Positions 36,542 through 48,703 of a DNA stretch of 64,000 bases are shown here, piece after piece. The translations under genes were made by a program, and so were the position numbers. The notes beneath the pieces are model-generated. The model was not told where the DNA came from and searched no databases. It saw nothing but the letters and a program-made list of their open reading frames with translations. The stretch's first letter is position 1; each line of letters starts with the position of its first letter. Source of the DNA: Vicinamibacteria bacterium (lineage in GTDB: Bacteria > Acidobacteriota > Vicinamibacteria > Marinacidobacterales > Marinacidobacteraceae); contig OY821641.1 in NCBI GenBank assembly GCA_963555995.3, positions 704,001-768,000 on the forward strand, in the 5' to 3' direction.

Positions 36542-36931
36542 ATGATCCCCGACGATCTCTACTACAGCAAAGAGCACGAATGGCTGCGCCTCGAAGGGGA
36601 CGGCTCCGCGACGGTCGGCATCACCGACCACGCCCAGCAGGAACTCGGGGACATCGTGTACGTCGAGCTTCCCGACCCGGACACCGCGCTCGAGGCGGAC
36701 GAGGTCATGGGCAGCGTGGAGTCCGTGAAGGCGGTCTCGGAGATCTTCTGCCCGGTGGCGGGCACGGTGAGCGGGGTCAACGGCTCCCTCGAGGACGCTC
36801 CCGAGGCGGTCAACGCGGACCCCTACGGGGACGGCTGGCTGATCCGGCTGACGCTGGACGACCCGGGCTCGGTGGCGGCCACGATGCTCTCGGCGGGGGA
36901 GTACGAGAAGCACGTCGCGAGCGAGGAGTAG
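36542..36931 (+). CDS. gcvH: Glycine cleavage H protein
   Basis: YSKEHEW, VESVKAVSE (lipoyl Lys), DPYGDGW. Confidence 0.97.
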   Translation: MIPDDLYYSKEHEWLRLEGDGSATVGITDHAQQELGDIVYVELPDPDTALEADEVMGSVESVKAVSEIFCPVAGTVSGVNGSLEDAPEAVNADPYGDGWLIRLTLDDPGSVAATMLSAGEYEKHVASEE

Positions 36932-36947
36932 GGGCTCGGAGCGCCGG

Positions 36948-37173
36948 CCAGTTGCTGTGAGAATGCAGTCTCGCCGAGACGCCAGTGAGCGCACGTTGCG
37001 CCGCCGGCTGGGAGCGCCGGTCTTCAGACCGGCACGCGCTGCGCCAGAGCGCAGCGCACCGCACGACGCTGACCTGCGCGGTGGCGTGTTTTCGATTCAT
37101 CAAGGCGAACGGTGACACGACATCGGCGGGCCTTCGGCCCGCGGCGCCGGTCTGAAGACCGGCGCTCCCAGCC
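36948..37173 (+). mobile_element. Composite REPIN-like element inside the gcv operon
   Basis: CCAGTTGCTGTGAGAATGCAG flank + REP pair. Confidence 0.8.
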
Positions 37174-37339
37174 GGCGGTCCCGGCCTGTTTTCCGGTCGG
37201 TTCCGACCCCGGCGACGGTTAGAATCTCCGGTCCGACCGGGGGGAGACGTGGCGGGACGACAGCCGGCGGCCAGCCCGGCCGGTCGGAATTCCCGGCGCC
37301 GTTCCGGCACGCTGCTGACCCCGCATCTCCCGAGTTCCC

Positions 37340-40309
<2,970 letters not shown>

Positions 40310-40313
40310 CGAA

Positions 40314-41681
40314 TTGACGAAGAAACGAAGCCTGCGCGCCTGCGCCGCCCAGATCAGCCCCGTCTTCATGGACAAGAAGGCGAGCGTCGAGAAGTACGCG
40401 GAGACGATCCGCGAGGCCGGCCGGCAGGGGGTGGACCTGATCGTGACGCCGGAGACCGGGATCCCGGTCTATCCCTACTGGCGGAACAACTTCGGCTACA
40501 CCGACCCCGAGTCGGCGCGCCGCTGGAAGGAGACGGTGGTCCGCTTCTACGACGAGGCGGTGCGCATCCCGGGGCCGGAGACCGAGGAACTCGGCCGCGC
40601 CGTCCGGGCCGCCGGGCTCACCGCGGTCATCGGCCTGAACGAGCAGGACGACCGGCCGGGCTCGCGCACCCTCTACAACACGATGCTGTTCCTCGGCCCC
40701 GACGGGGAGATCATGGGCCGGCACCGGAAGCTGATGCCCACCCACCAGGAGCGGATCTTCTGGGGGCGCGGCGACGCGAGCGACCTCCGGGTCTTCGAGA
40801 CGCGGTTCGGGCGGCTCGGCGGGCTGATCTGCTTCGAGAACCACATGACGCTGCTGAAGGCGGCGATGGCGGTGAAGGGCGAGGAGGTGCACGCCGCCTG
40901 CTGGCCGGGCTACTGGGCCTACGGGGGGCCGGGGAACACGGTCCGCGACATGACGGGGACGCACTACCCGCTCCACCACTCCGACCAGGACGCCGCGGTG
41001 CGCGAGTACGCCTTCGAGACGCAGACGTTCGTGGTCTCGGCGTCGCTCTTCCTGGCCGAGGACGACGTGCCCGACGACTTCCCCTACAAGAAGACGACGA
41101 ACTGGAAGTGGGCGATGGGCGGCAGCGCCATCGCGACGCCGTTCGGGACCTACGCGGCGGAACCGTTCTTCGGCAAGGAGGGGCTGGTGATCGCCGACCT
41201 CGACCTCGCCGACCGGATCGTGGCGAAGAACGTCTTCGACTGCATGGGCCACTACACCCGCTGGGACGTGGCGCAACTGCGCCTGAGGCGCGAGGCGGTC
41301 GGTCCGGAGCCGGCGGCGGCGGAGCTGCCGGTTCCGCGGGCGGCGCGCGTCGCGGAGGTCTCGGCCGGGCCGGCCGGCCCGCGGCCCGGCGAGGCGGGGG
41401 AGCGGGAGGAAGGGCCCGTCCTGCCGAAGGCGATCATGGGCGCGGTCCCCGAGGGCCTCGCGAAGCCGCTGCTCGCCGCGCTCACCGAGAAGTTCGGCCC
41501 CGGGTCGGTCGCCGCCGCGCGCGCCGAGCTCGACAGCGACGACCTCGAGGAACTGGCCCGCTCGCACGGCCTCTCGCACGACGAGGTGGTGTCGTTCATC
41601 CACGACTTCATTGACCTGATCCGGCGGCGGAGCGAGTTCGTGGTGCCGGACCTGGTCGTCGAAGAGCCGGCAGATGCTTAG
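40314..41681 (+). CDS. Nitrilase (carbon-nitrogen hydrolase) with C-terminal extension
   Basis: Catalytic E (TPET), K (RHRKLMPT), C (ICFEN); FDCMGHY. Confidence 0.88.
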   Translation: MTKKRSLRACAAQISPVFMDKKASVEKYAETIREAGRQGVDLIVTPETGIPVYPYWRNNFGYTDPESARRWKETVVRFYDEAVRIPGPETEELGRAVRAAGLTAVIGLNEQDDRPGSRTLYNTMLFLGPDGEIMGRHRKLMPTHQERIFWGRGDASDLRVFETRFGRLGGLICFENHMTLLKAAMAVKGEEVHAACWPGYWAYGGPGNTVRDMTGTHYPLHHSDQDAAVREYAFETQTFVVSASLFLAEDDVPDDFPYKKTTNWKWAMGGSAIATPFGTYAAEPFFGKEGLVIADLDLADRIVAKNVFDCMGHYTRWDVAQLRLRREAVGPEPAAAELPVPRAARVAEVSAGPAGPRPGEAGEREEGPVLPKAIMGAVPEGLAKPLLAALTEKFGPGSVAAARAELDSDDLEELARSHGLSHDEVVSFIHDFIDLIRRRSEFVVPDLVVEEPADA

Positions 41682-41832
41682 CAGCCCCGGGGATGGCGCG
41701 TAGCCCGGGAGCGCCGGTCTTCAGACCGGCACCCGCTGCGCGGAGCGCAGCGGAACCGCGCGCTGCCACCGCCCCGCACAGCCCAACGGCTCGACGCGCC
41801 GGCGTCCGGCGCTTTGTGGCATCCATTTCGTC

Positions 41833-42330
41833 ATGGCGCTCGGTCTGCTGACCGTCCACCTGGCGGGGCTCGCCTTCTTCGCCTACACCTGCTTCGGGGT
41901 GGGCGACGGGACGCTCGCGTACCACATCGGGGCCGGACTCGTCGCGGTGATGCTGGTGGTGTTCGCCCACACCATGAGCTACTTCTATCTGGTCGCCATG
42001 ACCAGCATGATGCGGAAGGCGCTGGCCGGCGAGAGCGGCCCGCCGGTGCTGGTGGATGACCCGCGCGGGCCGGAGCTGCTGGCGCGGAGCCGGCGGCTCA
42101 AGGCGAGCGCCATGCCCTGGGCGATGGGCGGCATGATCCTGCCGATGGCCGCGTTCATCCTCGGGGGCGGCGCCCACACCCGGGCCTTCCCGGCGGTCAT
42201 CCACACCGCCGCCGGCTACCTGGTGTTCGTCTTCCTGGTCCTCGCAGCGGTCACGGTCGCCCTCGCCCTCCTCCGCCAGAACCGCATCGTCGAGTCCTTT
42301 CAAGCGGCGGGGGGCACGGCGCCCGAGTAG
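41833..42330 (+). CDS. Hypothetical 4-TM membrane protein
   Basis: Four hydrophobic segments with several His residues. Confidence 0.65.
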   Translation: MALGLLTVHLAGLAFFAYTCFGVGDGTLAYHIGAGLVAVMLVVFAHTMSYFYLVAMTSMMRKALAGESGPPVLVDDPRGPELLARSRRLKASAMPWAMGGMILPMAAFILGGGAHTRAFPAVIHTAAGYLVFVFLVLAAVTVALALLRQNRIVESFQAAGGTAPE

Positions 42331-42352
42331 GCGCGCCGGCCGGGAACGCCGG

Positions 42353-42598
42353 CCAGTTGCTGTGAGAATGCAGTCTCGCCGAGACGTAAGTGAGCGCACG
42401 TTGCGCCGCCGGCCGGGAGCGCCGGTCTTCAGACCGGCACAGCGGGCCGAAGGCCCGCGGATGTCGTGCCGGTGTTCAAGGCGATGATCCGAGAGCGGGG
42501 CGCCATCACGCGCGGAAGCGTTGTGCCGTGCGCTGCGCTGTCGCGCAGCGCGTGCCGGTCTGAAGACCGGCGCTCCCGGCCGCCTCCGCCGTTTTCAT
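42353..42598 (+). mobile_element. Composite REPIN-like element with inverted internal spacer
   Basis: Left flank and REP as in other copies, but the spacer begins ACAGCGGGCCGAAGGCCCGC (reverse orientation). Confidence 0.8.
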
Positions 42599-42700
42599 TC
42601 GGTATCACTCTGGTTATCACATTCGCGATCCGCAATTCGCGGCCTCCGGCCGGTCCGCCCACCACGCTTGCAGGACGTGTACGATCCTTTCCGAGCGCCT

Positions 42701-43537
42701 ATGTCCCGAATCCTGATCGCCCTCGTCCTCCTCCTCGCCCCCGCGGCGGCCGCCCAGGAGATCATCCCGGCGCCCGCCGACGCCACCACCGGTCCCGACA
42801 CCGTGTTCGTCCAGGAGCTCACCTGGACGGAGGTCGCGGCGCGGGTGCGCGCCGGCACCCGCTCGGTGATCGTGCCGACCGGCGGCACCGAGCAGAACGG
42901 GCCGCACATGGTGCTCGGGAAGCACAACTTCATCATCCGGGAGGCCTCCGAGCGGATCGCGCGCGAACTCGGGAACACGCTGGTGGCCCCGGTGGTCGCC
43001 TACGTGCCCGAGGGCGGCATTGACCCCCCGACCGGCCACATGCGCTACGCGGGCGCGATCACCCTCCCCCAGGAGCACTTCGAGGCGCTCCTCGAATACA
43101 CGGCGCGCGGCTTCGCGCTCCACGGGTTCGAGAACGTGATCTTCATCGGCGACAGCGGCGGCAACCAGCGGGGCATGGCGGCGGTCGCCGAGAGGCTGAA
43201 CGGGGAGTGGGAGGCTGCGGGGAGCGCTTCGCGGGTGCTCTACGTCCCCGAGTACTACCGCGGGAACGGCTTCCGCGACTGGCTGCTGGAACAGGGGATC
43301 CCCGAGGACGCCATCGGACGCCACGCCGGGGTGACGGACACCTCGCAGCTCTGGTACGTCGCCCCCGAACAGATCCGGCCGGACAAGCGGGTCCGGGACG
43401 GCGGCTTCGAGGGCAGCGGCGTGAGCGGCGACCCCACGCTCGCCTCCCGCGAACTCGGCGCGAAGGGAATCGAACTCAAGGTCGAGACGACCGTCAGGCG
43501 GGTGCGCGAGATGCTCGCCGCGCGTTCCGGCGGATAG
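42701..43537 (+). CDS. Creatininase-family amidohydrolase with signal peptide
   Basis: LTWTEV, PTGGTEQNGPHM, GDSGGN, HAG..DTS. Confidence 0.82.
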   Translation: MSRILIALVLLLAPAAAAQEIIPAPADATTGPDTVFVQELTWTEVAARVRAGTRSVIVPTGGTEQNGPHMVLGKHNFIIREASERIARELGNTLVAPVVAYVPEGGIDPPTGHMRYAGAITLPQEHFEALLEYTARGFALHGFENVIFIGDSGGNQRGMAAVAERLNGEWEAAGSASRVLYVPEYYRGNGFRDWLLEQGIPEDAIGRHAGVTDTSQLWYVAPEQIRPDKRVRDGGFEGSGVSGDPTLASRELGAKGIELKVETTVRRVREMLAARSGG

Positions 43538-43553
43538 CCCGCCCGGCGCTCCC

Positions 43554-44699
43554 GTGATCCCGTCCCAGCGCGACCTCTTCGACATCCCCCGCGACATCGC
43601 CTACCTGAACTGCGCCTACATGTCGCCGCTCCTCCACGCGGTGGTGGAGGCGGGGACGGCGGGGCTCCGGCGGAAGGCGCGGCCCTGGGAGATCGAGGTC
43701 AGCGACTTCTTCGACGACTCGGAGGCGCTCCGTGCGGCGTGGGCGGAGCTCCTGGGAGCCGGGCCCGACGCGGTCGCCATCACGCCGTCCGCCGGCTACG
43801 GGATCTCGCTCGCCGCGAACCACGTCGCGGTGGGACCGGGAGCGCGCATCCTGCTCGCCGAGGAGCAGTTCCCCTCGAACGTCTATCCCTGGACCGACAA
43901 GGCGCGGCGGACGGGCGGCGAGGTCCGCTTCGTCCCGCGTCCGGAGGACGGCGACTGGACCCGGGCGGTGCTTGCCGAACTCGACGAGCGGGTGGCGGTG
44001 GTCGCGCTTCCGAACGTCCACTGGACCGACGGGGGGATCTTCGACCTGGCGCGCATCGGGGCGCGGGCCCGGGAGGCGGGGGCGGCGCTGGTGGTGGACG
44101 CCACCCAGTCGCTCGGGGTGGCGCCGTTCGACGCGGCGACGATCCGGCCCGACTTCGTGGCGGGCGCCGGTTACAAGTGGCTCATGGGGCCGTACTCGCT
44201 CGGATACCTCTACGTCGCCCCGCATCTCGAGGACGTCGCGCCCGTCGAGCACAACTGGATCCAGAAGGCCAACGCCCGCGAGTTCGCCCGCCTCGTGGAC
44301 TACACCGAGGACTGGCAGCCGGGCGCCCGCCGGCTCGACTGCGGGGAGCGCTCCAACTTCGCGCTCGTGCCCGCGGCGCTCGCGGCCGCCCGGCAGGTGC
44401 TGGAATGGGGGCCGGAGAACATCCTGGCGACCATCGCGCCGATGACGCGCCGTCTCGCGGCCGCGGCGGCGGGACTCGGGTGCGCCGCGGGTCACGACCA
44501 GCACCGCTCGCCGCACTACCTCGCGCTCGGCCTGCCCGCCGGGAGCGGCCCCGAGGATCTCTCGCGGGTGCGGACGGCGCTCTCGGGCCGCCGGGTGTTC
44601 GTGAGCATCCGCGGGGACACCATCCGGGTCACCCCGCACCTCTACAACGACGAGCAGGATCTCGACGCGTTCATCGCCGCGCTCGGTTCCGTGCTGTGA
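43554..44699 (+). CDS. Class V PLP aminotransferase / cysteine-desulfurase-like enzyme
   Basis: YLNCAYMSP, QFPSN, VDATQSLG, YKWLMGP, PHLYN. Confidence 0.88.
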   Translation: MIPSQRDLFDIPRDIAYLNCAYMSPLLHAVVEAGTAGLRRKARPWEIEVSDFFDDSEALRAAWAELLGAGPDAVAITPSAGYGISLAANHVAVGPGARILLAEEQFPSNVYPWTDKARRTGGEVRFVPRPEDGDWTRAVLAELDERVAVVALPNVHWTDGGIFDLARIGARAREAGAALVVDATQSLGVAPFDAATIRPDFVAGAGYKWLMGPYSLGYLYVAPHLEDVAPVEHNWIQKANAREFARLVDYTEDWQPGARRLDCGERSNFALVPAALAAARQVLEWGPENILATIAPMTRRLAAAAAGLGCAAGHDQHRSPHYLALGLPAGSGPEDLSRVRTALSGRRVFVSIRGDTIRVTPHLYNDEQDLDAFIAALGSVL

Positions 44700-45562
44700 A
44701 GGTCTATCTGGACACCGTCCGCCGGGTGCTCGAGGCCGGGACCCGCCGGCCGAACCGCACCGGGGTGGACACCATCGCCACCTTCAACGTGAACTCGGTG
44801 ATCCCGATGGACGAGGGGTTCCCGCTGCTCACCACCAAGAAGATCAGTTGGAAGAACATCGTGGTCGAGAACCTCTGGTTCCTGTCGGGCGAACCGACGA
44901 TCGCGCTGCTCCAGAAGCACCGGTGCCGTTTCTGGGACCCGTGGGCGGACGAGCAGGGCGCGGTGCCGAGCCCTTACGGCCACCTGTGGCGGGCGCATCC
45001 GGGGTCCGGGGGTCCGGCGGACCAGGTCCGCTGGGTGCTCGACGAGTTGCAGCGGGACCCCACGTCGCGGCGGCTGGTGATCAGCGCCTGGTCCCCGGAG
45101 AACGCGCACACGAGTTCGCTCCCGCCCTGCCACTTCGCCTTCGTGTTCAACGTGCAGTACGACGCGGCGGGCGAGCCGCGGCTCAACCTGCACCTGACCC
45201 AGCGGAGCTGCGACGTGGCGCTCGGGCTCCCCTACAACATCGCGGGCTACGCGCTGCTGCTGCACCTGTTCTCGCGGTGGTCGGGGCTGAAGCCCGGGGT
45301 CATGGGCCACACGCTGGTGGACGCCCACGTTTACACGAGGAAGGCGGACGGTTCGCTGGCCGAGTACGACCACGTGCCCGGGCTCCGCGAGCAGCTCGCG
45401 CGGGAGCCGCGCCCGCTGCCGGCGCTCACCCTCTCGGAGACGGTGTCCACGCTGGACGGGACGCTGTCCCTCCTCGGCAAGGACACCGCCGAGATCATGT
45501 CCCACTTCCAGCTCGACGGGTACGACCCCCACCCGGCCATCCGGTTCGCGGTCGCGGTATGA
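44696..45562 (+). CDS. thyA: Thymidylate synthase
   Basis: NRTG, FPLLTTKK, SRRL, LPPCH, QRSCD..LG.PYN, DAHVY; GTGA overlap. Confidence 0.95.
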   Translation: MKVYLDTVRRVLEAGTRRPNRTGVDTIATFNVNSVIPMDEGFPLLTTKKISWKNIVVENLWFLSGEPTIALLQKHRCRFWDPWADEQGAVPSPYGHLWRAHPGSGGPADQVRWVLDELQRDPTSRRLVISAWSPENAHTSSLPPCHFAFVFNVQYDAAGEPRLNLHLTQRSCDVALGLPYNIAGYALLLHLFSRWSGLKPGVMGHTLVDAHVYTRKADGSLAEYDHVPGLREQLAREPRPLPALTLSETVSTLDGTLSLLGKDTAEIMSHFQLDGYDPHPAIRFAVAV

Positions 45563-46083
45563 GCGGCGGCTGGCGCGAGGACCCCGAGGCGCTTCCCCCG
45601 GCCCCCTTCCGGGCGAGCATGGCGGCGGTGTCCCCGGAGGGGATCATCGGGGTGGACGGCGGGATCCCCTGGGACTACCCGGGCGACCGGAAGCGGCTCT
45701 GGCGGCTGACCAGGGACACCACGATCATCCTCGGCCGGCTGACCTGGGACTCGCTGCCCCGGCGGCCGATGCGGCGGCGCCGGAACATCGTGATCAGCGC
45801 GCGCCCGGTGGAGGGCGCGGAGTCGTTCCGCTCGGTGGCGGACGCGGTGGCGGCCTGCGCGGGGGAGACGGTGTGGTTCCTGGGCGGCGCCCGCATCTAC
45901 GAGGAGGCGATGGACCACGCCGACTTCCTCGACCTGACCTACGTACCGGACCGCGTCCGGCTCCGGCCGGGGCAACGCGCGGTCCATTTCCCGAAGATTG
46001 ACGAGACCCGCTGGCTGGCGGGTCCCGCGCACCCCGACCCCGGCGAACCCGGGGTCGTCCGGCGCCGCTTCACGCGGCGCTGA
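45559..46083 (+). CDS. folA: Dihydrofolate reductase
   Basis: IIG.DG.IPW..PGD, ILGRLTWDSL, RRNIVIS, LGGARIY; coupled to thyA. Confidence 0.88.
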   Translation: MSGGWREDPEALPPAPFRASMAAVSPEGIIGVDGGIPWDYPGDRKRLWRLTRDTTIILGRLTWDSLPRRPMRRRRNIVISARPVEGAESFRSVADAVAACAGETVWFLGGARIYEEAMDHADFLDLTYVPDRVRLRPGQRAVHFPKIDETRWLAGPAHPDPGEPGVVRRRFTRR

Positions 46084-46096
46084 ATGGAGACCTGAA

Positions 46097-46486
46097 ATGA
46101 GCGACGAGATCACCCTGATCGCCGGCGAGGGCCTGCCGCGGCCGGCCGGTCCCTACAGCCCCGCCGCCAAGGTGGGCAACCTGGTGTTCGTTTCCGGCCA
46201 GGTGGGGGTGGACCCCGCCACCGGTTTCGCGCCGCACGGGGTGGCGGCCCAGACCGAGCAGGTGTTCCGGAACATCGCCTCCATCCTGGAGGCGGCGGGT
46301 TCGAGCCTCGACCGGGTGGTCCGTTGCGGGGTCTTCGTCGCCGACATGGACGAGTTCGGGGCGATGAACGAGGTCTACGAGCGCATGTTCAACGGCCACC
46401 AGCCCGCCCGCTCCACCATCCAACCCCAACGCCTCCCCGGCAAGGGCTTCCTCGTGGAGATAGACGCCATCGCCACCTGCGACTGA
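46097..46486 (+). CDS. ridA: RidA/YjgF-family enamine deaminase
   Basis: PAGPYS, VFVSGQ, MNEVY, PARS, VEIDAIA. Confidence 0.88.
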   Translation: MSDEITLIAGEGLPRPAGPYSPAAKVGNLVFVSGQVGVDPATGFAPHGVAAQTEQVFRNIASILEAAGSSLDRVVRCGVFVADMDEFGAMNEVYERMFNGHQPARSTIQPQRLPGKGFLVEIDAIATCD

Positions 46487-46493
46487 GGGTAGA

Positions 46494-46542
46494 GAGCGGG
46501 GAGCGGGGAGCGGGGAGCGGGGAGCGGGGAGCGGGGAGCGGG
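46494..46542 (+). repeat. (GAGCGGG)7 microsatellite merging into the first REP
   Basis: Direct reading. Confidence 0.9.
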
Positions 46543-47012
46543 GAGCGCCGGTGTTCACACCGGCACCACCCGCCTCCGGCGGGTGAAGCACTGCGAACCG
46601 TGGAGCGGCACCAGGAACGGAGGAAGGGAGCGCCGGTCTTCAGACCGGCACCCCCCGCCTCCGGCGGGTGAAGCACTACGAACCGTGGAGCGGCACCAGG
46701 AATGGAGGAAGGGAGCGCCGGTCTTCAGACCGGCACCCCCCGCCTCCGGCGGGTGAAGCACTACGAACCGTGGAGCGGCACCAGGAACGGAGGAAGGGAG
46801 CGCCGGTGTTCACACCGGCACCACCCGCCTCCGGCGGGTGAAGCACTGCGAACCGTGGAGCGGCACCAGGACATGGAGGAAGGGAGCGCCGGTCTTCAGA
46901 CCGGCACCACCCGCCTCCGGCGGGTGAAGCGCTACGAACCGTGGAGCGGCACCAGGAACGGAGGAAGGGAGCGCCGGTCTTCAGACCGGCACCACCCGCC
47001 GGAGGCGGGTGA
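46541..47012 (+). repeat. Tandem REP array upstream of RAYT; 85-86-bp period, 6 REPs
   Basis: GGGAGCGCCGG starts at 46541, 46626, 46711, 46796, 46882, 46967. Confidence 0.92.
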
Positions 47013-47113
47013 GGGGCTCTCGGCTACGCCTCCGGTTAGCGCGCCGACGCCGACGTGACCCATCCACCAATCCCGCGCTACCCTGCCGCGTTCGCTCGGG
47101 CCTGGAGGTCGCC

Positions 47114-47821
47114 ATGCGTCGCGTCGGGACTGCCGCTACGAGGAGGCCGCGGGTCCCCGCCCGCGTGAAACGCCGCTGGCGCGCCTCCCCTCCGTCGGCC
47201 CGGTCCGAGGGCCATACCGGCGGTGCGCGGCACCGGAAGGTCTATTCCCGCAGCTACCTGCCGCACACCGACGCGCCGGGCATCGCGCAGGGCGTCACGC
47301 TGCGCCTCGCGGACAGCGTGCCTGGGGAGGTGATTCAGCGCTGGAGAGATGAGATCCGCACCAGCCGGCGGTGGCGGACCGAACCGGTCCGCCACCGAGA
47401 GCTCCAGCGTCGGATCGCCCACTACGAGGATGCGGGCCGGGGCGAATGCCACTTGCGGCGGCCGGAGATTGCCCGGCTGGTGCGCGATGCGTTCCTGCGA
47501 TTCGACGGCGAGCGCTATCGGCTTCTGGCGTGGTGCGTCATGCCGAACCACGTCCACGTCCTTCTGGAGCAGCGCAAGGGATATCCGCTTGCCGAGATTG
47601 TCAAGAGTTGGAAGGCGTACACCGGGCGATGGGCCAACGAGATCCTGGGGCGCAGGGGTCCATTCTGGATGCGTGACTACCACGACCGGCGGATCCGGGA
47701 TGAGAAACACATGAACCAGGCCCTCGCCTACGTCCGGAACAATCCCGTGAAGGCGGGACTGTGCGAGCGGGCGGAGGACTGGCCGTGGTCTTCGGCGGCG
47801 AAGGCGCGCGTTTTGGGCTGA
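47114..47821 (+). CDS. REP-associated tyrosine (Y1 HUH) transposase, RAYT/TnpA-REP
   Basis: YLPH, VTLRLADS, WCVMPNHVH (HUH), FW.RDYHDR.IRD, YVRNNPVKAGL, WPWSS; flanked by REP arrays. Confidence 0.92.
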   Translation: MRRVGTAATRRPRVPARVKRRWRASPPSARSEGHTGGARHRKVYSRSYLPHTDAPGIAQGVTLRLADSVPGEVIQRWRDEIRTSRRWRTEPVRHRELQRRIAHYEDAGRGECHLRRPEIARLVRDAFLRFDGERYRLLAWCVMPNHVHVLLEQRKGYPLAEIVKSWKAYTGRWANEILGRRGPFWMRDYHDRRIRDEKHMNQALAYVRNNPVKAGLCERAEDWPWSSAAKARVLG

Positions 47822-47831
47822 TCGGGATTGT

Positions 47832-48684
47832 GTGGTTCCGCCGGGCTTCGCCCGGCGGGTGCCGGTGTGAACACCGGCGCTCCCGGTGTGGGTGGCGTGC
47901 TGGGGTCGGGGTGGGTTCCGCCGGGCTTCGCCCGGCGGGTGCCGGTGTGAACACCGGCGCTCCCGGTGTGGGTGGTGTGCTGGGGTTGGGGTTGGTTCCG
48001 CCGGGCTTCGCCCGGCGGGTGCCGGTGTGAACACCGGCGCTCCCGGTGTGGGTGGTGTGCTGGGGTTGGGGTTGGTTCCGCCGGGCTTCGCCCGGCGGGT
48101 GCCGGTGTGAACACCGGCGCTCCCGGTGTGGGTGGCGTGCTGGGGTCGGGGTGGGTTCCGCCGGGCTTCGCCCGGCGGGTGCCGGTGTGAACACCGGCGC
48201 TCCCGGTGTGGGTGGCGTGCTGGGGTCGGGGTGGGTTCCGCCGGGCTTCGCCCGGCGGGTGCCGGTGTGAACACCGGCGCTCCCGGTGTGGGTGGCGTGC
48301 TGGGGTCGGGGTGGGTTCCGCCGGGCTTCGCCCGGCGGGTGGCGGTGTGAACACCGGCGCTCCCGGGGTGGGTGGTGTGCCGGGGTTGGGGTGGGTTCCG
48401 CCGGGCTTCGCCCGGCGGGTGCCGGTGTGAACACCGGCGCTCCCGGTGTGGGTGGCGTGCTGGGGTGGGGGTTGGTTCCGCCGGGCTTCGTTCGGCGGGT
48501 GCCGGTGTGAACACCGGCGCTCCCGGTGTGGGTGGTGTGTTGGGGCTGGGGTGGGTTCCGCCGGGCTTTGCCCGGCGGGTGCCGGTGTGAACACCGGCGC
48601 TCCCGGGGTGGGTGGTGTGCCGGGGTTGGGGTTGGTTCCGCCGGGTTTTGCCCGGCGGGTGCCGGTGTGAACCCCGGCGCTCCC
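47832..48684 (-). repeat. Tandem REP array downstream of RAYT; 80-bp period, 11 REPs
   Basis: GCCGGTGTGAACACCGGCGCTCCC every 80 bp from 47861 to 48661. Confidence 0.95.
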
Positions 48685-48703
48685 CTTCCCGGGTTCTCGC
48701 TTC

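Noticed and set aside
46541-48684. CRISPR array interpretation of the 85-bp and 80-bp periodic repeats
   Set aside because: Inter-hairpin segments are near-identical rather than unique spacers, there are no cas genes, and the repeats are REPs flanking a RAYT
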